The notes under the pieces were generated by a model. The model worked only from the letters and a program-made list of their open reading frames with translations. It was not told the origin of the DNA and did no database searches. 33,256 bases of DNA from a virus (lineage: Duplodnaviria > Caudoviricetes): positions 1-33,256 of the IMG/VR virus record IMGVR_UViG_3300024247_000672; one strand, written 5' to 3'. Shown piece by piece: positions 17,103 through 24,332 of the stretch; the first letter of the stretch is position 1, and each line of letters begins with the position of its first letter. The position numbers and the translations under genes are program-made.

Positions 17103-17342
17103 TTAAACTAATTCTTCTATAATTCCTATTCCTTCACTCAATATGAGTAAACCTACTGCTATATCTAAACTATAACATAATGCAGCATAACCTAAAATAC
17201 GGATACCTGATTTGGCGAAGCTAATTTGTTGATGTAATTTTGGATCTGGAATCTTATGATCATTGATCTTGATTCCTTCGAAGTTCTCTCTTTCTTCTCT
17301 ATTGTAGAGTTCATTCATAACCTTTTTTCCTAATTTATTCAT
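17103..17342 (-). CDS. Small membrane protein, first gene of the queD-queE unit
   Basis: Start moved to ATG 17342; PDPKLHQQISFAKSGIRILGY...LILSEGIGIIEELV hydrophobic C-terminal half. Confidence 0.7.
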   Translation of the reverse strand: MNKLGKKVMNELYNREERENFEGIKINDHKIPDPKLHQQISFAKSGIRILGYAALCYSLDIAVGLLILSEGIGIIEELV

Positions 17343-17345
17343 ATT

Positions 17346-17373
17346 CGTGTTTTTAAAGTGGTGCTGTGACACT
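17346..17373 (-). ncRNA. preQ1-I riboswitch-like aptamer in the leader of the membrane-protein/queD/queE unit
   Basis: AGUG-UCACAGCAC-CACU-UUAAAAA-CACG, ending 3 nt before AUG. Confidence 0.75.
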
Positions 17374-17388
17374 GTACCTATATTATAA

Positions 17389-17419
17389 TAATATAGTGTT
17401 TTTTATTCTAATATGCAAC
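17389..17419 (-). promoter_or_regulatory. Variant class A promoter
   Basis: GTTG...CACTATATTA upstream of the aptamer. Confidence 0.5.
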
Positions 17420-17763
17420 TAATTTATAGAGTATATTAAATGTATTACCCATGCTACTAATCCGTTTAACTGTAGTATTACTAAATTCCACTGTCTACGG
17501 ACTGTTGTCTGAATCATTACACATAAGAACCCTATTATGAATAGATATGGATTCAATGTCCATTGTCCAGCTACTAGAAACCCAGCGCCCATATATCCAA
17601 CCCTACTTGATAGTCTTTCTAAAGGAGTAAGTTTACGTTCCCTTACCATTAACCTTAGGTAGTAGTGCCACCACTTAAACTCACATTTTCTGCAAGTCTG
17701 TTTTTCTCCGGTTTTGTATAAGAATCCCGGTTTTTCTTGCTTACATACGTTACACTTTTTCAT
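17419..17763 (-). CDS. Zinc-finger plus multi-TM membrane protein
   Basis: CNVC...CRKC followed by about three hydrophobic helices. Confidence 0.65.
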   Translation of the reverse strand: MKKCNVCKQEKPGFLYKTGEKQTCRKCEFKWWHYYLRLMVRERKLTPLERLSSRVGYMGAGFLVAGQWTLNPYLFIIGFLCVMIQTTVRRQWNLVILQLNGLVAWVIHLIYSIN

Positions 17764-18347
17764 AGTCCTAGATCTTTTCTAATATCTTCTTTAACTATTC
17801 TCAAATACTTTTTACGTTTCTCTTTTGATACAAACGGTACAGACCAGAATTGTTTTGTCTTAGTCCATCTGTTTATATTCCAGCCAAATACAAATGTATA
17901 TACTCCCATTACTAATCTTAATTTAACTGAGTTAAGGTATAGTGTTATTACCGGTAATTTGGGAGCTCCATGAGTAATGTATGTCCTTACTTTCTTTTTA
18001 CTAAAAAAAGGTTTCGGATAAGCGTACTTACCTACTACCGGTACAAACTTGTATGCAAAACCAGGTGTAAATACTTCATCAAAAAACATCTCTAATTTAG
18101 GCGTCAACCTAAACCACCATACAGGTGAAACAAAGTAGATATGTGTTGACCAAGTAACTAACTTCTTATAGCTTTTTATCAGATCTACTTTATCTCTATG
18201 TAATTTATCTTCATATAAATCTATAACTTTGTAGTTTGATTTATACTTATTCATCTGTCTAATAATTGTTCTGTATATGCCGTTATAACAGAATGACTTT
18301 TGATCTGGATGTCCTATTATTATAAGGTGTTTTGTCCCTTTTTTCAT
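17760..18347 (-). CDS. Flavodoxin-fold NAD(P)H dehydrogenase (Flavodoxin_2, MdaB/KefF-like)
   Basis: IIIGHPDQKSF, IDLY, PVWW...P.L..FFD.VF.PGFAY, ITHG. Confidence 0.88.
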   Translation of the reverse strand: MKKGTKHLIIIGHPDQKSFCYNGIYRTIIRQMNKYKSNYKVIDLYEDKLHRDKVDLIKSYKKLVTWSTHIYFVSPVWWFRLTPKLEMFFDEVFTPGFAYKFVPVVGKYAYPKPFFSKKKVRTYITHGAPKLPVITLYLNSVKLRLVMGVYTFVFGWNINRWTKTKQFWSVPFVSKEKRKKYLRIVKEDIRKDLGL

Positions 18348-18348
18348 T

Positions 18349-18948
18349 TTATAAATTTAAAGTATATCCTCCGAATTTTCTCATGTAAGTTGTAATTCGT
18401 ACTCCATTACCGTCTTTTCTTACTCTACCTGATCTAAACCACTTTTTAACACTTCCTTGGCCGCCTAAATGTGCTGCTGCTAATAGTCCTGATTCTGTAA
18501 CTAGTACTCCATGTACGACTTTACCATCAAACTTATTTATAAGTTTTTGCAATCGTTTTTTATTATGTTTAAGTAGAGCAAACATAGCTTGTTCCTGCAG
18601 AAGTGTATCTTTAAGGAACTTAGAGCGACTAGCTCTTATCTTTAGCGTTTTTAAAGTAGATTTTCCAAACTGGTATCTTCCCATATATCCGTACCTGTTA
18701 ACTACACTGTATCTATTGCCTGATTCTTGATGACCTAAATCATTTAAGAATAATTGGTGGTCTTTAATAACTATTTCAGGAAGTATAGATGAATCTATAG
18801 TAGTTGTTATTTTAACTTTTTCAGGTTTAAGTACATTAACTTTAACAGTACCTCTTTTTAATTTATATACTGATGTAAATGCCATTATAGAAAATAACAT
18901 TATAGCAATTAAAATTAACCTAGAGATACTGTCAAGTTTAGTTTTCAT
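18349..18948 (-). CDS. Membrane-anchored lysozyme-like / lytic transglycosylase-fold protein
   Basis: N-terminal TM; QESGNRY..VN..GYMGRYQF, LLAAAHLGG.G. Confidence 0.75.
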   Translation of the reverse strand: MKTKLDSISRLILIAIMLFSIMAFTSVYKLKRGTVKVNVLKPEKVKITTTIDSSILPEIVIKDHQLFLNDLGHQESGNRYSVVNRYGYMGRYQFGKSTLKTLKIRASRSKFLKDTLLQEQAMFALLKHNKKRLQKLINKFDGKVVHGVLVTESGLLAAAHLGGQGSVKKWFRSGRVRKDGNGVRITTYMRKFGGYTLNL

Positions 18949-18958
18949 AACTGTTTTT

Positions 18959-19105
18959 TTAGATAGAGCGGTTCCTTCTTTTACCGTCCCATTGTACTTT
19001 TTTAGTGTTCCCTAACATAATGTACCTGCTTACTCTTTTATTAAAAGTGTTTCTGGTATCATTAGTATGTGGTTGACCGTTTTGTTGATCGCTTGTAGTA
19101 CTCAT
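18959..19105 (-). CDS. Small basic hypothetical protein (48 aa)
   Basis: Not in ORF track; MSTTSDQQNGQPHTNDTRNTFNKRVSRYIMLGNTKKVQWDGKRRNRSI; fills the gap. Confidence 0.55.
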   Translation of the reverse strand: MSTTSDQQNGQPHTNDTRNTFNKRVSRYIMLGNTKKVQWDGKRRNRSI

Positions 19106-19133
19106 TTTTTTATTTTAATTATTTAACATGAGC

Positions 19134-19922
19134 TTATAAATATGCAGATAAAACGTTTTCAACGTGTTTTCTTGCTACCTCGTAATCAACTTCTCCAGTT
19201 TCATCCTCATACTGTACGGGATCCTTTCTGCCAAGAGCAATAAAAGCCTCAATCCTCTCAACACTAGAAGCAGACTTATAATCACTATTTCCCGAAGGAT
19301 AAGGCTTATAAGAAGTATTTGTTCTTTTATATACTTCATTAAAATCAATTTTTAATTTAGCGCATAGTATTTCTCCATCTTGCAAAATACCAAATTTATC
19401 AGTATTTAAATAAGGTGTAAAGTAGCCTACTCTATCCGCATCCCAATTTCCCATTCTAAAAGCTGCATCATCTGCATCTCTAAATTCTTGTCTACAATCA
19501 GGATAAACTGCATGGTCACCAGCATGAATACCTAAAGCAATATCACAAACACCTTCTGTTTTATTTGCTACAGATAATGCTACTGCTTGAGTAATAGAAG
19601 CAAACATTTTATTTCTATTAGGAACAACTGTTTCTTTCATATTATCTTGCTCATAATGTCCTTCAGGTACATCTTTACCGCCTTCAGTTAATGCTGAATC
19701 TAATAGATCTACTAATCCATCTAATTTAATTTGACGATAATTTACTTTGTGACCTTTAGTTGCAAGGTAATCAATTAATTGTTGAGCTCTTTCAAGTTCA
19801 ACTCTATGTTTTTGACCATAGTCAAATGAGATACCTGTTACTGTATCATACTCCTCGATAGCTCTTAACAATAGGGTGCTGCTATCCATTCCACCACTTA
19901 AACTAACTACACAATGTGCCAT
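19134..19922 (-). CDS. queC: 7-cyano-7-deazaguanine synthase
   Basis: SLSGGMDS PP-loop, FDYGQKH, VVPNRN, YPDCR. Confidence 0.95.
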   Translation of the reverse strand: MAHCVVSLSGGMDSSTLLLRAIEEYDTVTGISFDYGQKHRVELERAQQLIDYLATKGHKVNYRQIKLDGLVDLLDSALTEGGKDVPEGHYEQDNMKETVVPNRNKMFASITQAVALSVANKTEGVCDIALGIHAGDHAVYPDCRQEFRDADDAAFRMGNWDADRVGYFTPYLNTDKFGILQDGEILCAKLKIDFNEVYKRTNTSYKPYPSGNSDYKSASSVERIEAFIALGRKDPVQYEDETGEVDYEVARKHVENVLSAYL

Positions 19923-19942
19923 AATTTACTTATTTAATTTTT

Positions 19943-19978
19943 GCCAGGTATTTTGAGCGTATAGGCCAACGCTTACCT
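19943..19978 (-). promoter_or_regulatory. Structured 5' leader of queC
   Basis: AGGUA/UACCU and AGCGU/ACGCU nested stems between promoter and start. Confidence 0.5.
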
Positions 19979-19979
19979 T

Positions 19980-19990
19980 TAATATAAGAA
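19980..19990 (-). promoter_or_regulatory. Promoter motif class A upstream of queC
   Basis: TTCTTATATTA. Confidence 0.6.
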
Positions 19991-20006
19991 ATATATTATT
20001 ATATTC

Positions 20007-20312
20007 CTACTCTATATTTGTAAAAGATGATATTTTCTCTTGTATTACTCTCCACTCACTTATATAATCTTTTATTGACCCGTAGTGTTTACTTTTACTA
20101 TTAAGTAACTCTCTACAAGCTGATTTTAGTGCTTGATTAAACGTTGCTGGGTAGCATACTGTTTTAATATAGTGTGTGTTGTTTTCCCCTTTAATGACTC
20201 TTTCATATAGAGTGTATCCTCCTGAGGTTGATTTAGCAATGAAAAACGGTTCCATAACCGCATCTTCAATAATTGTGTCCCCAGCGGGGATAGAATCTGG
20301 TCTTCTTAACAT
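20007..20312 (-). CDS. Hypothetical protein
   Basis: 101-aa ORF. Confidence 0.7.
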   Translation of the reverse strand: MLRRPDSIPAGDTIIEDAVMEPFFIAKSTSGGYTLYERVIKGENNTHYIKTVCYPATFNQALKSACRELLNSKSKHYGSIKDYISEWRVIQEKISSFTNIE

Positions 20313-20328
20313 AACTTAAATTTATTAT

Positions 20329-20673
20329 TTATTTCCAATATAACTGTACCATTACTATTATAAATGCTAGTAGTAGTGTAATTCCTGTTTTCATTGTAAT
20401 GCCTTCTCCTAAATGTACGTAAGTCAGTATCGCCATTATTATCATACCTGTAGAAAATCCTATTAATCTACCAGGCCATAATAATCCATTAAATCCTGCT
20501 ACGACATATCTTGAAGCATAAATTAAAATGTAACTAATAGGTATCCCTAAACAAGCCATAAGCAGTGGTCTTTCCTTAACCCAGTTACTAAAGAACTGAG
20601 AGTTAGTCTGGTACCATATCATTCCTTGGGCTATCATAAAGAGTATAAACGCTATAACTACATTTCTATTCAC
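20329..20673 (-). CDS. Four-TM small membrane protein, SMR/DMT-like
   Basis: 114 aa, four hydrophobic helices, LGEGITMKTGITLLL resembles the DMT TM3-TM4 motif. Confidence 0.6.
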   Translation of the reverse strand: MNRNVVIAFILFMIAQGMIWYQTNSQFFSNWVKERPLLMACLGIPISYILIYASRYVVAGFNGLLWPGRLIGFSTGMIIMAILTYVHLGEGITMKTGITLLLAFIIVMVQLYWK

Positions 20674-20926
20674 TACCTATAAATGCTTTTAACTTCTTTT
20701 CATCCATTCTACCGGGTTCTGACTTTACATTGTCTCCGTCTATAACAACAGTTGTTGGTATACCATTCACTTTATATTCTGCTGCTAATCCTGTTGTATC
20801 TTTTTCAACATTTATATTAACAAAGTCGTACTCATCTTTTAGTTCCTCAGATACTTTATCAAAGGTTTTAGCGTATACCTTACATGGTCCGCACCAATCT
20901 GCATAAAATTTAATTACTTTTTTCAT
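20666..20926 (-). CDS. Thioredoxin
   Basis: FYADWCGPCK, GIPT. Confidence 0.95.
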   Translation of the reverse strand: MKKVIKFYADWCGPCKVYAKTFDKVSEELKDEYDFVNINVEKDTTGLAAEYKVNGIPTTVVIDGDNVKSEPGRMDEKKLKAFIGSE

Positions 20927-21054
20927 TTTCTTCCTCTTTCTTTATAGGTATTAAATCTTGATTTTTTTCCTGAGGTGTTTAAAGTTTTTACTCCTCTTGT
21001 TTTTAACCACTCTACTGTTTGTGTATAGAGTTGTTTTGATGAATTTTTTGACAT
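20923..21054 (-). CDS. Small basic hypothetical protein (43 aa)
   Basis: Not in ORF track; MSKNSSKQLYTQTVEWLKTRG...; ATGA overlap with thioredoxin. Confidence 0.6.
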   Translation of the reverse strand: MSKNSSKQLYTQTVEWLKTRGVKTLNTSGKKSRFNTYKERGRK

Positions 21055-21079
21055 ATAACTTTGATTTATGATTATATAA

Positions 21080-21090
21080 TAATATAAGAA
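21080..21090 (-). promoter_or_regulatory. Promoter motif class A
   Basis: GTTG...TTCTTATATTA. Confidence 0.6.
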
Positions 21091-21109
21091 AAATAAAGCA
21101 TTTAAACAA

Positions 21110-21523
21110 CTATTTTACAGTGTTTCCATCTACTGTTATTTCATGCCAATGTACTCTTCCTTCCTCGATTGCCTTCTTAATATTCTTCTGCTTACCCATA
21201 AGAAACGCACTACCGCTTTTTACCTCTACGAAGTGAATTGAGCATTTAGTCTTGCTGCCGGTATCTTTAAAGGCAACATAATCAATTGGCATACCTAAGA
21301 ACGTACAGTCTTCAGGAGGGACAGGGAAACCGGGCATAAATGGAACGAAATGCTCTATCGTTTTTCCCCACTGTACTGCTCCTGATCTCTTCTTAGCATC
21401 CCTCCTAATTTCTGCTCTCTCTTTCTCAAATTGCTCTTGTAATAGTCTTACTTTCTTTTTAAAACGGTAAGAAACTCCTCCTAGTATTACTAAGAGGGTT
21501 CCTATCACTATTGTGTATAACAT
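21110..21523 (-). CDS. Membrane-anchored PD-(D/E)XK nuclease (Holliday-junction-resolvase-like, Endonuc_Holl)
   Basis: N-terminal TM; G...E...P, FLGMPIDYVAF, FVEVKSG. Confidence 0.8.
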   Translation of the reverse strand: MLYTIVIGTLLVILGGVSYRFKKKVRLLQEQFEKERAEIRRDAKKRSGAVQWGKTIEHFVPFMPGFPVPPEDCTFLGMPIDYVAFKDTGSKTKCSIHFVEVKSGSAFLMGKQKNIKKAIEEGRVHWHEITVDGNTVK

Positions 21524-21533
21524 ATTCTAATTT

Positions 21534-23249
21534 TTATCCATCACAGCTAAGACAATCTTCAGATGTCCTAGAACCTATATCTCCATTAATTACTGAATCA
21601 GTTCTAAGGTAATATAGTGTCTTAATTCCCAATTTCCAAGCTGTCTGGTGTACTAGGTTAATAAATTTAGGTGAATCGGTTGGATCAAAAGCTAGATTTA
21701 ACGACTGTGTCTGATCAATATACTTCTGTCTAACTGCTGCTTGTTCCACTAATGCTAATTGATTTACCTCTGCAAAAGTTAGAAAGATAGGCTTATCCTC
21801 TAAAGGCATAATGTCTTCTGGTAGGTTTGCTACAGACCCTCTATCTTTCATAATGGAATCCCATACTTCCTCTGTATTACACCCTCTTTCTTCAAAGTAG
21901 CTTTCTAGTGCCGAGTTTTTTCGTATAAACGTTCCTTTTGCTGAATTAAAAGTATATACATTAGCTGGTATTGGTTCTATGCCGGCTGATACTCCTCCTG
22001 AAATTGTACTATTAGATACAGTCGGTGCTATAGCCATTAAGTGAGTATTTCTCATACCTGTACCTTTACACCAAAGTGGCTCTCCGTACTCATCTGCTAA
22101 CTTTCTTGATGCTGCTTCTGCTTGATTTTTAATTTGAGAAAAAATCTGATGTGTGTATGATGTTGCTGCTATAGATGAAAATGGTATTCTTTCATTCTGT
22201 AATAATGTATGCCATCCTAGTACTCCTAGTCCAATAGCTCTACCTTTTTTTGCTGATCTATGAGCTCTAATAAGGGAGTCTCTTCCAGAAGTCTTAGCTA
22301 GAAATTCTTCTAAAACTCCGTCTAAAAAGTATATCGATGTCTCAATTAAATCTGAGTTTTTCCATTCATGCCATTTTGTTAAATTAACTGAAGATAAGCA
22401 GCAAATGAAGCTATGTTCTTCATCTGTATGTAGAGTTATCTCTGAGCATATATTAGTCATGCTTACATCTAAGTTATTTTTAACATAGGCTGGTGGATTG
22501 TCATTATTTACATTGTCTTTAAACATTATATATGGCTCTCCAGTCTCAACTCTAGATTTCAGGATTGTTACCCATGTATCCATAGCCTCAGGGTCTCTCC
22601 GCTCTAGTTTTTGCATAAAGTCATCATCCACTACGACGCATTGGTGTAGGTTTAGACACTGTCTATTAGGATCTCCTTTAGGTCTACGTATTTGTAAAAA
22701 TTCTTTAATATCCGGGTGGTTAATATCCAGGTTTACTGACGCTGCTCCTCTTCTAACTGCTCCTTGATTAGTCGCTAGTATTGTTGAATCGTAAATTTTA
22801 GACCACGGTATTACTCCTTCTGATTGGCCCATATCTCCGTTTCCTATTTCTACTCCTCTACCTCTAATACGGGATAACCCTATACCAACACCGCCGCCAA
22901 GGGAGGTAAGTCTCATTAGTTCGGCATTGGTGAGACCAATACCTCGAATTGAATCGGGCGTATCAATTCCAAAACATGAGATGGGTAATCCTCGGTCGGT
23001 TCCGGTGTTAGAAAGTACAGGGGAAGCTAAATTTAGCCATCCTTTCCACATATAGCGGAAAAACTTATTAGCTAGATCTGGTCTATCCAGTCTTTTTGCA
23101 ATTGTATCTGCTACTCTTTTATATGCTTTTTTAGGTGTTTCATCTGTCAGCAAATATCCTTTTGATATTGTTGCCAATGATACTTCGTTCATCCACTCTG
23201 GATAATCTTTACCTGCTTCCCATTTGGAAGTATCTACTACTATACTCAT
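21534..23249 (-). CDS. nrdA: Class Ia ribonucleotide reductase alpha subunit (no ATP cone)
   Basis: LPISCF, TNICSEI, AIAPT, KTLYY, C-terminal CLSC. Confidence 0.96.
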   Translation of the reverse strand: MSIVVDTSKWEAGKDYPEWMNEVSLATISKGYLLTDETPKKAYKRVADTIAKRLDRPDLANKFFRYMWKGWLNLASPVLSNTGTDRGLPISCFGIDTPDSIRGIGLTNAELMRLTSLGGGVGIGLSRIRGRGVEIGNGDMGQSEGVIPWSKIYDSTILATNQGAVRRGAASVNLDINHPDIKEFLQIRRPKGDPNRQCLNLHQCVVVDDDFMQKLERRDPEAMDTWVTILKSRVETGEPYIMFKDNVNNDNPPAYVKNNLDVSMTNICSEITLHTDEEHSFICCLSSVNLTKWHEWKNSDLIETSIYFLDGVLEEFLAKTSGRDSLIRAHRSAKKGRAIGLGVLGWHTLLQNERIPFSSIAATSYTHQIFSQIKNQAEAASRKLADEYGEPLWCKGTGMRNTHLMAIAPTVSNSTISGGVSAGIEPIPANVYTFNSAKGTFIRKNSALESYFEERGCNTEEVWDSIMKDRGSVANLPEDIMPLEDKPIFLTFAEVNQLALVEQAAVRQKYIDQTQSLNLAFDPTDSPKFINLVHQTAWKLGIKTLYYLRTDSVINGDIGSRTSEDCLSCDG

Positions 23250-23260
23250 AAATTATTTTA

Positions 23261-24244
23261 TTAAAACATTGTTGCTGCATCCCATTCCATATGCCCTTTG
23301 GCGTAGTTTGTTACTCTGTTCGCAAAGAAATCTGTATGCTGTTTACCTGCAATTACTGCGTCAAACCATTTCATTGTTTTTAGAGCACCCTTATCTATTT
23401 CCTCAGAAGGAACAATAGGCTTTAAACCTAAATCTCCCATTTTAGTATTCACTCTATGGCGAATAAAGTTCTTTAATTCGTCTTTCTTTAAGTTCTCTAA
23501 ATCTCCCATCTCAAATATCTTATCAATGAAATCGAATTCTAACTTCAAAGCATCTTTAGCAGCTGATTCAATATCTGCTATTAATTCTGGTGTTTTGAAT
23601 TCTGGATGTTCTTCCATAAGTGTTCTGAATAGCCAGCATCCAGCATCAGAATGTAAGCTTTCATCTCTTACTGACCATTCAACTATCTGCCCTACTCCTT
23701 TAAGCTTATTTCTCATTTTAAATGAAAGAAGTACTGCAAAAGAACTAAATAGATTTACCCCTTCGGTAAAAGCAGAAAATATAGCTAGAGACTTTGCTCT
23801 ATCGTGCCAATTAGGAGAACCATCATGACCGTCTCTCACTTCCATCAGACTTTCAATCTTAGCCATAGTTGCTTCATCTTCTAAAAACTCAGCAAAGTTG
23901 TCTAATCCTAATTGTTCGTTCAATAGGGAGTATGCTTCTGCATGAATAGTTTCACTAGAACCTAGTGTTGTACCCATCATAATAATTTCCGGTTTTCTAA
24001 ACCACTTAGTTACTAAAGTAGACCAGTAATCATTTACTATAGTTTCTGTTTGAGCAAATCCTTTTAAGATTCCTCCAATCACATTTTTTTCGTGATCTTT
24101 TAAATTACTCGCCCAGTCTGTCACATCTTGTGACATTGGTACTTCTGTATGTAGCCAGTGAGCTTGTTGTTGTTTAAGCCAAAAATCATATGCTTTTGGG
24201 TATTCGAAAGGTTTGTAGACAATGCGTTCGTCGAGTAAACTCAT
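23261..24244 (-). CDS. nrdB: Ribonucleotide reductase beta subunit
   Basis: ETIHAEAYS, EGVNLFSSF, RDESLH, DFF..RVTNY. Confidence 0.96.
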   Translation of the reverse strand: MSLLDERIVYKPFEYPKAYDFWLKQQQAHWLHTEVPMSQDVTDWASNLKDHEKNVIGGILKGFAQTETIVNDYWSTLVTKWFRKPEIIMMGTTLGSSETIHAEAYSLLNEQLGLDNFAEFLEDEATMAKIESLMEVRDGHDGSPNWHDRAKSLAIFSAFTEGVNLFSSFAVLLSFKMRNKLKGVGQIVEWSVRDESLHSDAGCWLFRTLMEEHPEFKTPELIADIESAAKDALKLEFDFIDKIFEMGDLENLKKDELKNFIRHRVNTKMGDLGLKPIVPSEEIDKGALKTMKWFDAVIAGKQHTDFFANRVTNYAKGHMEWDAATMF

Positions 24245-24267
24245 ATTTTTTAATTAATTAATTAGAC

Positions 24268-24308
24268 AAAAAAAATCTCCAGAGTAAGCTATAGATGCTA
24301 TTGGAGAT
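24268..24308 (-). terminator. Terminator-like hairpin between helicase and nrdB
   Basis: ATCTCCA...TGGAGAT stem followed by a T-run on the minus strand. Confidence 0.55.
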
Positions 24309-24332
24309 GTTTCCATAAATAGCATATATATT

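Noticed and set aside
17343-17372. GTG-start extension MSQHHFKNTN
   Set aside because: It coincides with the second aptamer; ATG 17342 is preferred.
9615-19922. Reading the que genes as tRNA queuosine auxiliary metabolism
   Set aside because: No queA/queG/queH or tRNA genes in the window; the TGT-fold protein is short and lacks the tRNA-TGT zinc motif; a formyltransferase is adjacent. DNA modification fits better, though this is untested.
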